In this document: positions 25,684-37,918 of the stretch, piece after piece
Numbering within the stretch: the first letter of the stretch is position 1
Layout: the number at the start of each line of letters is the position of its first letter
Source: Xylographa opegraphella
Taxonomy: Eukaryota
Direction of reading: 5' to 3'
Assembly (NCBI GenBank): GCA_022813865.1
Contig: JALDZX010000006.1
Span: 372,001 to 436,000 of the forward strand
Length of the DNA stretch: 64,000 nt
Notes under the pieces: model-generated
Told to the model about the DNA's origin: nothing
The model's database searches: none
Seen by the model: the letters and a program-made list of their open reading frames with translations, nothing else
Translations under genes and position numbers: made by a program

Positions 25684-26944
25684 ATGCAGTTCAAGCTTCT
25701 GTCCGTTGCAGCTTTGGCTGCAACCGCTTCAGCGCAGACCATGAACTTGACTGCCACGCTCATGAATAACTCCATGCTCCACAACCTGACCTCCTTCGCC
25801 AGCTTGTTGCCTTCGTCCCTGCAGATGGCCAGCAACATCACCATCCTCGCGCCATCCGATGCAGCTTTCTCCGCTCTTCTTAACAGCACTGCTGGCATGG
25901 CTCTGGCCAACAACACCGCTGCTATTCAAGCCATCCTTACCTACCACATCTTGAACGGCACCTACTATGCTTCAAACGTGACGAGCAACGCCACCTTCGT
26001 CCCAACCATGCTCTCCGATATGACCTACTCCAACGTGACAGGAGGACAGCGGGTCGAGGCAATCACGGAGGGCATGAATGTTACCTTCTTCTCTGGCCTG
26101 CTTCAAAATGCCACAGTCGTGCAAGCTGTATGTACAACGCCCATCGAGTATCTGACCCTTTCAACTAATCTCGACTCCGCAGAATATCAACTTCACTGGA
26201 GGTGTGATTCACGTCATCGACACTGTCCTCACTGTTCCCCAGACTATTGCTGCTACAGCAGAGGCTGCTGGACTCAGTGCCATTGCTGGTGCTCTGACAG
26301 ACACAAAGCTCGTCGATGCCGTTGACAACATGATGGACGTGACCGTGTTCGTCCCCAACAATGCTGCCTTCCAAGCCATCGGATCTGCTGTTGGTAACTT
26401 GTCCATGGCTCAATTATCCAGTATCTTGGAATACCATGGTGAGTTTTCGTCCCTTTTGCTCTTTCAAATTCGCTCTGCTGTGATCATATACTAACTCCTA
26501 TCAGTCATCAACGGCACTGTCGCCTACAGCACCGATCTCATGAGCGGTATGATGATCAAGACTATGAACGGCAACAACGTCACTGTTAGTATGATGAACG
26601 GCAGTTACTTCGTCAACAGCGCCAAGGTCGTCACTCCTGACGTCCTCGTTGCCAATGGAGTCGTTCACGTCATCGATGGAGTCCTGAACCCCAACGCCAC
26701 CACCTTGACTGCCAACCCAACCACTACAATGCCCGCCTTCGCTGGCGCCACTTCCGGCTCCGATGTTCCCTTCACCTCCGGCATCCCCACACCCACATCC
26801 GCCCTTGGAGGTGGTGCTGCTGCCGGTGCTTCTTCCGCCGCCATGGCAAGCAGCAGTTCCGCTGGTGCTTGGGCCCCGATGAGGACCGGTGCTGTTGGTG
26901 CGGCCGCACTCTTCGGTGCCGGTGCTGCTTTTATGAACGTCTAA
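25684..26944 (+). CDS. Secreted, probably GPI-anchored protein with two fasciclin (FAS1) domains, 2 introns
   Basis: Signal peptide, TILAPSDAAF / LTYHIL / GVIHVIDTVL and TVFVPNNAAF / LEYHV / NGVVHVIDGVL, then a Ser/Ala-rich region and hydrophobic tail. Confidence 0.93.
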
Positions 26945-27467
26945 GCAACCAGTGTCGATTAGATCGTGTGAGGCGTAAATTAAATCAAGATACCACAATG
27001 AATGGGTTATTAAATAGTCAAATTGGCTTTCGGAATTGCTGAAATTGTACTTTTGAAATTTGTACATAGTAATCTGAAAATGTCCTGATGCTTGTAATGA
27101 TTAATTTCGGGGCTGATTTGGACTTAATGTGATCGCTCTATGCGTGAAAAGTTTTGGGAACTTTTTCCCAAGTCTATCAGACCTCTTGTCCGCCAGCCAT
27201 CATCGCACGGCCGAGTCGCTATGTTGTAGAGTGAGAGCCCAGTACCATGTTCCCAGTAAGATGTTAGATCTTTTCGAAGTACCAAAAACCCATCGGAGAG
27301 CGTATGCAGCAGCTGCGCCAGTGTCCTTTCCATCCAACCCGGAATTTGCAATACCGTCTAATCTCGCAAAGTCGTGATCCTCCTTCCATTTCAGCCCCTT
27401 CTATCTCAACCCCTTCTATACCCCCAGTCCCCCGGTTGCGCGAATTTCGAATTTCCACCCACCACCC

Positions 27468-29042
27468 TCACCCCAACACCACAGCTCCCAACATCCCCAA
27501 GCCCAGCGCCCACCCTCCCGGCCCTCCCTTCCCTGCCGCGCTCAACGGGTCCCCTGTCCCACCGCCACCGCCACCGCCACCGCCACCACCGCCTCCAGCG
27601 CCCGGCCCTGCCGTCGGCGTCCCCGTCGGCACCGGTACCGTCGACGTCGCCGCCACGACACTGACATGCACCCCGGCCGCCACAGCGGGCGGAGCCCTCC
27701 GCCCGACCAGCAAGCCCTGCACGACCTCCAGCGCGCTCAGCTGCTGCCCCACGCCCACACTGCCGTCGAAGCCGCCGACGTACCATTTCTCACCGCACGC
27801 GTCGCCCGTCGCTCCGCCCGTGCAGGCTGCGGCGGCCGCCTGCGCGGAGCGGGCCAGCAGCACGCCGATGGCGGCCGTGAGGTCGGGCACCAGCTGGGCG
27901 GAGACGGCGAGCCAGCGCGCGAGGTAGGCCTTGAAGCTGAGCTGGTCGGCGTTGCAGGCGGCGTGCGGCTCGCACGCGGGCTCGTACATGGCGCCGGCGG
28001 AGGCGTTGGCGAAGGGCGCGAAGAAGCGGTCGCTCGCGGCGAGAAGGCCCGCGGCGCGGGCGGTCCACGGCGCGGAGCCGTTGGTCGCGTTCGCGAGCGC
28101 GGCGCACCCGGCCAGCAGCATGCCGTGCGTGTAGCTGAAGGACAGCTCGTTGATCTGGCTGCAGTTCTGCAGGTCCTGCGTGCCGTCGTAGACGGCGTAC
28201 GTGGCCGGGTCGACGAGGCCGACGCCGGCCATCCAGTCCCAGCTCGTGCTCGCCCAGTGGTGGTAGGTCGCGTTGCCGGTGTAGCGCGCGAGCCGGGCCG
28301 CGAGTTGGAAGAAGCCCCCGTTCGCGGCCGTGTTCTTGTAGTCGTACCCCGTGTTCGACGGGTAGATTTGCCATTTGAGCCCGCCGGCGCAGGTGGCCGT
28401 GTCCCAGCGCCGCACTTGGTCGTTGAAGGCGGCCGAGGCGAGGCCTAGCCAGCGGGAGGTCGGGGCCGCGGCGGAGGTGAAGTTGCGCTCTACGGCGCTC
28501 ATGGCGGCGGCGGCCCAGAAGAATTGATCGTCGTTGCCCTGCCGGGGGGAAGGGTGAGTATTTGGGGGGGAATGGCAGGGGGGAAAGAGGGCAGTTACCT
28601 CTTGGCCCGCCTCTGCCGGCGGCATGAAGTCTTGTGTGGGTGAGATTTGGGATAGTAGCGCCTGGGTAACGACGTCGTTGTAGGTCGAGTCGTTGGTGCA
28701 GTGCCAGTAATCTATCATCGCTCCCCAAACAGCTCCCGCTTCCCACCAGTAGTAGGGGCCGGGGAACGTGCCCTGCACTACCGGACTGCTACTCTGGTTG
28801 CCGGTATAGTAGCTCATTAGACCGTAAGCAATTGTGCTTGCGGCATGCTTAATGGATGCTGAGAGGGCGGCGATTAGTAAAGTCTTGCCTTCGATGAACG
28901 TGCATAGGGATTCGCTTCAATAATAGTGCATGAGCAGGAGGTGTAGCTCACTCTCATTGTTGACATCCAATGGGATAGCTGTAGCCACTGAGAGCCAGCT
29001 CACAATAGCGAGGAGACGGGCATTTGCCCAAAGTATGTACAT
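27468..29042 (-). CDS. Glycoside hydrolase family 76 (Dfg5/Dcw1-like alpha-1,6-mannanase/transglycosidase)
   Basis: Signal peptide MYILWANARLLAIVSWLSVATA, YYWWEAGAVW, GNDDQFFW, CAGGLKWQI, YKNTAANG, SFKAYLARW and a Gly-rich linker before a hydrophobic tail. A short in-frame intron lies at about 28539-28598. Confidence 0.93.
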
Positions 29043-30700
29043 TTAAGTATAAACAGCAGACGAAGGCTGTAGCTCAGAAAGCACAATATTTTTCAGATAA
29101 ACAGTACATTATCACAACGGCAAAACGTCCAAACATATTTCTAGGAAGGAAGGAAGGAAGGGTTCTTCTTCTCCATATTACTAATTCGACAAACAGTAAT
29201 CTACATCTAGTTTTCATCGCCATGGTGGCGATAAGGGTAAGGAAGATCGGAGGCAATAGCCAAGGGTAATGACGTATCTAGCGTCTCGCCTACGGAGCTT
29301 CAATGGTAGCGGGTTTCCCAACTACCAACGACATTAGATTGACACGAACAAGTTGTTTCGTGGTGTAGACGTGGTGTCTCGTCAATATGGGTTATCCCGC
29401 ACTGTGTGAGCAGAGACACATCCTTCCAGAGCAGATATGTCAGGGACTTTCCCCTCGCATACGGAGGCTTCCACTGCGAAGCGTAAGCGTACCGCAGGAT
29501 CCGATCATGTGCAAGATTCGACCACAAGCAAGGGTCTTTAAAAATCATTTCTAGTACTTCATGAAACAAAAGACCATTATGGGCCACTATATCATGAGTT
29601 TCTTGGTGCATACATATTTCTGCAAGACGCGAGTGCGGCCGCCTAACCCTTTTGAGAAGAAAACCATGGCTGTTATAATAAATCTCGTTTGTGGAATCCA
29701 AGCAAGGTGGTCAGGCACCAGATGAAAAATATTTTCTCTACAAAGCAATAAAAAGGGATGGTGCCATGCATAATCTTTGTATTGACAACGAGCGTTAGCG
29801 ATCATAAGCTATCGTGAAATCGTTTTTCTTTTGGCAATGAATGAGGAATTTCCGAGCATCGAATATGTTTAAAAACTGCTGTTAACAAGAATATCTAGTC
29901 TCAGGCCGCCAATGAGACTGTCGGTGCTCCAGCATGAAAGCTCTTGTGTGGTTTTGTGAGGACTGTAGTTGGGCAAAGAAGGCATGTAGGGCATATATAC
30001 AACCGGACTCTATAAGAGAACACATACTGCAACCAACAGTCACCATCTGCACGGCTCATGGAGTGACTTCCCGCTCAACGTTCGTCAAGCTCTGGCCGTC
30101 ATATGCAGCGGAGACCGCTCTAGAAGTGAGAATCTCAATTGACGTGTCCTAGGCTACAATTGGCTCTAGACCGCTTCTCACAGGGTCTCTTTGCCGTTGA
30201 ACGCGCTGCGATCTTTCTTCACACTCACTCCAGTTACTTCTGAACCAGAGCAAACGGTTAACGATCACACATAAAGGTCTGTCTGCAGTTCTCCACTTGA
30301 CGCCGAGTAGTCTTTACTTTGCTCCTTCTGATACTCAGATTATCCAAGTGTTCTAGCACTGTCTGCCGAGCAAAACTCACGATCACGCAGAGACTTGCAA
30401 AGAACCACTGCGCCCCCAACTCCCAACTGACGCCGAATATTGCTCTCAAGCTTGCTTTTACTAGAACTTCGATTGTTGCTGGACCTCAATTCACTAAGGT
30501 ATGAAGAGGCTCTTTCCATTCTGGTAGTGTGAGCTTATCGTTGATTAAAGGTGTTGATCTGATCGTTGAAAACTCACAAGTCGCTCCAACTGGTACGAAT
30601 CCTACAGAAGTAAGTGTGTATTATCCAACTACATTGAACCTAACCAACATATCGTAGCTGAGAATATCATTCAGACGTCTGAAAGAATTACTACGCTATC

Positions 30701-31321
30701 ATGTATTCATATCCTCAGACATGTTCAATGTGCGATACGGAGACTACTCTGAAATGTTCACGATGTGGAGAAATGTGGTATTGCTCTAGGGCATGCCAGA
30801 AGGAAGATTGGAAAGTCCACAAGTTGTTGTGCTCCACATTCGCGGCCTTCGAAACCCCCCAGGAGTACAGTCATAAGAGGGCTATCCTGTTCCAGCAGGA
30901 TGCGGAGCATCCACAATTTGTATGGATCGAGACAGGCCGGACCGACGAGGGCTACGACATGGAGTTGAAGAAACTGCTGCATCTTCCAGGGGAGCAGAGC
31001 GAGACCACCGCATCGGACTTGGTCAAACTGAATAGGATTAATCTCAGTCGTCAGCGTCCTCTCCGACATAACATAACTCTCATGTGTCGTGACGACTTCT
31101 TCAAGGACGGATCTATCCCAAACAAGAGCATCATCGGATCCACGAAAGGGATGATGAAATATGATTGGCGCGGCCCGATCCTCGCTGTTGCACAGGAAGT
31201 AAACAGTATGCCTGAACCTCCGTATGATGATCTCACTCTGCACGATTTTCGGGACATCGTGGACTACTTCCTTACATACGACGGTACAAGGACGGCACCC
31301 AAACGCTGGGGTCACGCATAG
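30701..31321 (+). CDS. MYND-type zinc-finger protein (206 aa)
   Basis: CSMC-x7-CSRC-x4-YCSRACQKEDWKVHKLLC, followed by the motifs PNKSI, WRGPILA and DLTLHDFRDIVDYF. Confidence 0.88.
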   Translation: MYSYPQTCSMCDTETTLKCSRCGEMWYCSRACQKEDWKVHKLLCSTFAAFETPQEYSHKRAILFQQDAEHPQFVWIETGRTDEGYDMELKKLLHLPGEQSETTASDLVKLNRINLSRQRPLRHNITLMCRDDFFKDGSIPNKSIIGSTKGMMKYDWRGPILAVAQEVNSMPEPPYDDLTLHDFRDIVDYFLTYDGTRTAPKRWGHA

Positions 31322-32159
31322 AGGAAAAGATACATGCCTCTGTCTGAGTCACTAGGGAGGAGTATATCGAGTTCAGAAGGTTGGATCATATCAAGAGAGA
31401 AAACTGGGAAGGCGTTTCGGCTCACCAACTTGAGCGCGAATCCTATTGGTGCTCAAAGGCATTTTCTACCTGGGAGAGGATGTTGCTTCTGATTACGCAG
31501 ATTCGGTTGGGGATCTGGTTCCATTGCATTGCGATGGCAGCATGGCAAAGCTAAATGTCCTAGTCACCATGAGGACATTTGAGACTTATTTTCCTGTTGT
31601 TCAGCCAGCCCCACCTCATGTTGCCAGAGATGTCTACGTTCACAGATGAGCTAGATAATGAATTGCTTTTAGAACTGTCGGCCTTAAATGACCTGGTTGA
31701 CGAGGTTGCGTTTTGTTAAGCTGTGAGACTCATAACATGCAGCATTTTTGTTGTTCGTCGATAGGGATTGTGCAAACAGCAGTACTACCAACGAACCCCA
31801 TCCATGCAATCAGACCGCGGCCCAGCCCAGCTGCGATGATCCTGCCACTCGACTTATAAGGTATACATCATGGCAACGATATCATCGTAAGATGGCGTTG
31901 CAAGTCTTGGAAGTAGTACAAATAAATATACACTACACCAAGGACACCAGGTACTTGTAAGGTGTTGCACTACGAAATGGATGAAGCGTGCCAGGAATGG
32001 AATCTCGTACTGTGCTGAACCCCAACTGGTCTATTGCAGGATTTTATAACTACTGAAATGGCTTTATTTCTTGCGGTATCATATCATAAGCAGCCTCATT
32101 AAGTCCCTTTAAGTTGTCTCGAGTATGGTACCTACTTGGATATTCTGCCCAAATTGGTT

Positions 32160-33031
32160 TATTAGCGTATGCAAAAACTGTGCATTTCGTTGGCGCTCAA
32201 CTTCCCCCCCCCCACCCCTCAAAAATGTAATCATGCAATAATTTTAAAATCGTCTTCACGGGTTTTCCTCACTGACTATTCTTATTTAATATAATATTCT
32301 TATTATTTATATAGATTTCGCAGGCCCCGCAGCCCTCGTAGTCTTCGCTGCCCCCGTAGGCCCCGTAGTCTTGGTTGAATTCGTTGTCCCTACTGTTTTC
32401 GTAGCTTTCGTTGTAGCCCTTAGTATTCTTACAGCCCTTACTACTCCCGTAGCCTGCGAAAACTATAAAAACAGCGGGGCCAGCGAGGGCAGCGAGAAGC
32501 TAAATAAGCAGCGAGGGCAGCGAGGGCAGCGGGGGCTACGAGATCAATGGGGGCTATAGGGACTACGAGGCCCGCGAGGGCAGCGGGGGCAGCGAGGACT
32601 ACGGGGACTGCGAAGGCAGCGTAGGCAGTAAGGGCAGCGAGGGCAGCGTAGATAGCAAGGGCAGCAAGGGCAGCGGGGGCAGCGAGGGCAGCGAAGGGTA
32701 TAAAAATTACGGGAACAGCGAGAGCAGTGAGAAGCTAGAAGGGCAGCGAGGGCAACGAGGGCTATAAAAGCAGCGAGGGCAACGAGGGTTATAGAGGCAG
32801 CGGAGGCAGCGGGGGCTACGAGGGCAACGGGGGCTATAGGGGCTGCGGGGCCCGCGGGGGCTGCGGGTGCTGCGAAACCTACACGAATAATAAGAATATT
32901 ATATCAAATAAGAATAATCAGTGAGAAAAACCTGTAAAAATGATTTCAAAATGATTGTATGATTACATTTTTGAGGGGTTGGGGGGGAAGTTGAGCGCCA
33001 AGGAAATGCATGGTTATTGCATACGCTAATA
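32160..33031. mobile_element. Non-autonomous DNA transposon (foldback/MITE-like): ~175-bp terminal inverted repeats, internal 9-bp tandem arrays, flanking TA
   Basis: 32162-~32335 aligns to the reverse complement of ~32855-33029 (ttagcgtatgc...tggcgctcaacttcccc...cccctcaaaaatgtaatcat...). The interior is CAGCGAGGG-type 9-mers. TA lies at 32160-61 and 33030-31. No transposase ORF. Confidence 0.88.
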
Positions 33032-33312
33032 GCGTAGGTCGGAGACCTACTTCGATCGGTGTGCCTCACGAATCCACCTCCACTCATACGCCACCTGGCT
33101 AAACGCTCTTTAAGGAGCTCTGGTAATCCTCGTTCTCAGTTTCGCAGGCAAATTTCTTTCCTCTGATTGTTCGGCATGTTTAGTCGGTGATGTGACAATG
33201 CCATATATTTGGTTGGACCCCGGGTGTCGAAGCCATATACCACCAAACGCATGATTCGAGATCAACTATCACCTTTCAGGCATAGGAGCTTGCTGATAAC
33301 GTCTCATGTCTT

Positions 33313-35468
33313 ATGGAGAACGGAAGCCTATGTCCACGTTGTGAAGATCTCAGCCAGAAGATTGCTCGCTATCTCGAGAACGGAGGTACTCTTTTCTCCA
33401 GGCAAATGCTTGGTAGCGTTGCTGAGATACGACTTCGAACGGACTGCTCCATTTGCAGATTCATTTTGAGAGCTTACGACCGATCATGTGATCCTAACAT
33501 TGAGCTGGAGCGTCAAACCTCGCTTGAAATCCATACGAATAACCATGGGACCCTGTACATACAAGAAATACCCCAAGGTCCTCGTCAACGTGTATATCTC
33601 TTGCCCCTTGAATCATCCCCGGCTTCTGTTTCTGGCCGTCTAGTCAAACCTCTGTGTGACCCTGACCTCCTCTGTCGATGGCTACGATCTTGCCAAGACT
33701 GGCATGGGTCTAATTGCTATACGCCAGGCTGGTCAGAGCTCGTAACGCCTCTTGCCAAATTTCAAATGCGGCTGATAGATGTTAATCAACGATGTCTCGT
33801 TCCTGCACCTACTGGTTGCCGTTATGTCGCGCTGAGCTACGTTTGAAGCAGAGCCAAGATCTTCCAGACTACTCGATCCAATGTCGCTGCACTATGTAAG
33901 ATTAATGGTTTGAACGAAGATTTCAAGGATCTCCCGGCCACGATTATCGATTCGATGGATCTTGTAGCTATGATTGGAGAGAAATTTCTCTGGGTAGACT
34001 CTCTCTGTATTGTGCAGGATGACACGCAAGAGAAGCACACACAGATCGCGAATATGGATGCAGTATATGGCAATGCAGTGCTGACTATCAACGCGGCTGC
34101 TGGGCAAGATGCGAATGCTGGCTTGCCTGGCGTACATCCGTCTTCGAGAAAAGTGGACCAACTCGTCCTTGAATTCCAGTACGGTCAAAGACTGGTTGCC
34201 GCTCAACCAATCATGACCGACATTGCGGATAGTTCCTATTGGAACACACGCGCTTGGACATACCAGGAGCGTTTTCTCTCCAAGCGTTCCCTCACTTTCA
34301 CCGATAGTCATGTCTTCTTCCAATGCCAACGAGTGATATGGTGTGAAGATGTAGTGGCAGAAGAAGATAAAATCATCGACTACCACCAGATGGAAGAGTA
34401 CCTGCCCATTGATTGGTCCCCAGAGCGCAACAAGCACATGTACAAGCTGCATTATGCTTTACATGTGTACAAATCCACTAATTGGGTCGAGTATCTGAGA
34501 ACTGTGGAGGAGTACACTCCGCGCATATTGTCCTTCGACTCAGACATCCTCGCGGCATTTGCGGGAATGAGCAAAGTACTAAGCTTCATGTTCCGTAGTC
34601 GTTTTCTGTATGGACTGCCGGAGTCACTCTTTGATTGTGCACTCTTGTGGCTGCCAGCAGGAACGATTGTTCGACGCCATGCCCCCGAAACTTCCTCGAA
34701 GTCAAGTGGATTCTATTTCCCGAGTTGGTCTTGGACTGGTTGGAAAGGCAGCATCGTCTACGAAGACATCATGCCTCACCTCAAAATGCTTTGTTCTGGC
34801 TTGTGAGGAGGACTAAGCCGCTCGTCAAATGGCAGAAGCAGACCGCAGACGGGTCGCTCACTGCCTCCGTATCTAGTACTGGAGAGATAGGCCAATATCT
34901 GCTCAAGCCATTCGAGGAAAGACTTCCGGAAGGTTGGCATGTCTCCACAGGGGGAATATTCGATATCTTTATCGGGACCTACTACTATCATGACGATTCT
35001 CCTTCAAGCTTCTTCGCCATTCCCACGCCTCTGACGACAACTCTGGAAGACGCCGATGATCCCCGCTGGACGCGTATCGTCGGCAAGACCTCGTCTTCTC
35101 TGCTAAAAATCGTGCCAGCCCAGGATTCTGCGACAGAGAACCCGCAGCGATTTAACATCACAGACGAGTCTGGCCTCTGGTGCGGATGCGTGTGGCTGGA
35201 CCGCAGTTGGACTGGGCGAACTGCAGAATTGCACGAGTTCATCGTCCTCTCCGAAGGCTCCACGCCCAAGGCGGAAATCGAGCGATTCTGGTCGACGGAA
35301 GAGTGGAGTCACTTGGCAGGGGATGACGGCACAACATGGTATCAGTACTTTAACGTTCTGCTGATTGAGCATGAAGGACCAATCGCCTATAGAGCCGGGA
35401 TAGGTAAGATTGACAAGCGCCGCTGGAGTGCTTTGTCTATGACTATGAAGGAAGTCTGTCTGGCGTGA
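33313..35468 (+). pseudogene. HET (heterokaryon incompatibility) domain gene with an in-frame TGA and a frameshift
   Basis: RLIDV...YVALSYV*(33844-46)...LPATIIDSM...FLWVDSLCIVQDD...MDAVYGNA...WNTRAWTYQE...FPSWSWTGW. The reading frame changes at about 34770-34800 and continues to FNVLLIE...AYRAGIG. Confidence 0.88.
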
Positions 35469-36100
35469 CACGTATATTGGCACATTAAGGATGTATTGAA
35501 GAATCTCCCGTGCTTGCGTGATTGCTGGTCTGTAAAGTCGTGTTAGGAGCCGATAACCTGCAAATCACTAGCAGAGCTGTGACAGATGATACCATGATGT
35601 GCGAAGATACGGTGTCAGTAACGTACCGTGTGTCCAATTCACAGATGACACATATAAATGTCACTGAAATAGTTCTCTTAGACCCTTGACGAAAAGGCGC
35701 TGAAAACGTACCTACTGATTCACTCATACCCGTCCTGACCACGTCCAAGCTATGTATATAAGCGCTCATTTTCCATTCCTTTATGGGAGTCGGGCTCCAG
35801 AAGGACCACCAACAATCACTTTATCTCAAATATCACAAACCAGCAGCAAAGATCAGCAGACTGATCATCAATCCTCTGTTCAATACTTGAACACTCCAAT
35901 ACCTAGACAGTACTGTACTCCAACTCTCAAAGTTCCCACCGCCACATTCACTGCCGTTGAGTGTATCACAAGCCCCCATTACCTTAACACGACAAGCAGC
36001 AACCAACTTCTACCTAAGCAAGCCCGAAGTCACCCATACACGAGGAAGCTCCCAGGAAGGTCAACCAACCACCAGCACTCTTTCTTCCTCGGCATCGAAC

Positions 36101-36318
36101 ATGTGCACAGCAACTACCTCCAGCTTCAAAAATCGTAAACACAGGGAAGAAAAGCTCACTACTCGGTGCCCCCAAGCAGACCAGAAAGCCCTCATCTAAC
36201 AGGCTTCCAGGGTACTTGTGTATATATCAAGCTCAAGAAAGACCCTCGCCCCGGATCGTTATCCAAGTGCACAAGAGAGAACACAGAGAAGAACACAGAC
36301 CCGGCTGTCGCGAAATAA
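36101..36318 (+). pseudogene. Decayed copy of the small Cys/His-motif protein
   Basis: MCTATTSSFKNRKH...C* (R12 is CGT where a paralog has Cys). After a frameshift near 36190 it reads GTCVYIK...GSLSKC...*. Confidence 0.5.
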
Positions 36319-37167
36319 GATGTTTTGCCTCCGCCTGAGAAGGACGGCGATGTGGAGGCTGGGAAATAAGATATTGGATTACGGCATAAGAGCCCGGCAT
36401 GCTGGAAGTAGCTGGGTCTAGTCTCTCCGAGAGCGGAAGACTGTTGTACCATAAGCGCTTTCGATTCAGTTGCTGGGTATCTGGGGCGCTGATTGGGCTC
36501 ACGGTTCAGGCCGGTTCTCGATGATAAATATGATATATAGTATTAGCAGGCGTAGATAACGGCCACATAATCCACCGTTGATCAGTCACAAGACTTGATG
36601 GCTTTAGATCACGTGCTAAATAATAATCTCTGGCATGAGTCTCACAGCACGAAGAGCTGACCAGCCCGCTCCCTTTCTGCCTTCCTTCTCCCATTCAGCT
36701 TGGGAAAACCGTGATAGTGAAGCTTTGCTGATTAAGTAGGTAAATTGACACTGGCATCAAATTTTTAATCGAGCTTCTAGAAATGGAACCACACACCGTC
36801 AGGTACGGTAGGTAGACTCAATCCACCCACTAGCGAATATATTCTAGGGCTATAAAGTACCTTAGCGTACCCTCACCAATGCCTCAGCCCATGAACTCGC
36901 CTTAAGCCCTAAGGTAGTGAAGGGCCCTCTGGATTGTTCCTTCCTCACTCACCCACCTTCCATAACTGAGTCGTCGACAAACCGCAGTCAAGGAAGGAAA
37001 GACGGACCTCTGTAGACCACACAGCTCTCCAGAAGTAGAACCTCTCATCTCCAGCTACAACAGGTCAGTTCTCTTATCTATTCCAAAGTGTTACATTCCC
37101 CATGGACATACCCGATTTGTTAACGAACCCAGCTCAATACCTTACTCAGCATTCACTTAGCTTCAGC

Positions 37168-37344
37168 ATGTGCACCATCCACCAATATACGTACACTATA
37201 TGCGGCCACTCACCAGAGCCGTACCGATTTCTCTACCGCTGCAATTTCTACCCGAGATGTTTCCGAGTAATTGTTCCGATAGTTTTCGATAATATATGTC
37301 CAAGATGCATTCTGGTACAATTCATGCCAGTGAACAGACATTGA
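37168..37344 (+). CDS. Small (58 aa) Cys/His-rich putative zinc-binding protein
   Basis: MC-x9-CGH-x10-C-x5-C-x12-CPRC. Upstream are TATAAA at 36851 and a 5'UTR intron-like segment 37064-37132 (GTCAGT...TTAAC...CAG). Confidence 0.7.
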   Translation: MCTIHQYTYTICGHSPEPYRFLYRCNFYPRCFRVIVPIVFDNICPRCILVQFMPVNRH

Positions 37345-37918
37345 GGAAAGCAGTTCTGCCGGATGGAGTGGGTGATGTCTAAGCTGGGTAAGGTGGTTGG
37401 AGTGTCACATTGTGGTTTTGGACCAGAGGAGCTGAAGTAGTCGAGCTTGCAGTGGATGGAGTTTCGGTTGGTGAATTATCTTTGAGGTCTGCAAAGACAG
37501 CAAGCGGCGGCATGCACTCCTGCACAGAATTATCTTCATACTGATCCACTTTCGAGGCGTGCGCGGAAGTATCCCTATATCGGTGAATGGTGTTATTCCT
37601 CGACATGTGACTGCAATGCGAAAACGTGACTATTGCACCACCAAATCAGCTCATGCAGAGAGTTTTGTTCAATGTATAGGAATGTTATGCGTCAGCTCCT
37701 GCTCGGTCTTCCGACTAGGTTCCTTTTCGAGAGTACAATACTGAAGGCTTCTGGTGCTTTCTCTCAGCCACTCAGAGTAGATCTTCACCCAAGCACTTCA
37801 TTCTCTTACAACCACGCATCTCATCTCAATCATCCACGTGTTATTCAATATTTCTGGACCGCAGTAGTATTCTCATCCACCAACATCACCGACAAGACCC
37901 ACTGCGCAGCGCATCATC

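Noticed and set aside
27304..28746. Long antisense and alternate-frame ORFs over GH76
   Set aside because: Expected shadow ORFs of very high GC3 coding sequence.
32330..32875. CRISPR-like or collagen-like coding repeat
   Set aside because: 9-bp tandem units with no unique spacers, frequent stops, a eukaryotic context, and enclosure by TIRs.
33844..33846. UGA as selenocysteine
   Set aside because: The aligned family residue is Trp, not Cys, and selenoprotein machinery is not known in Dikarya.
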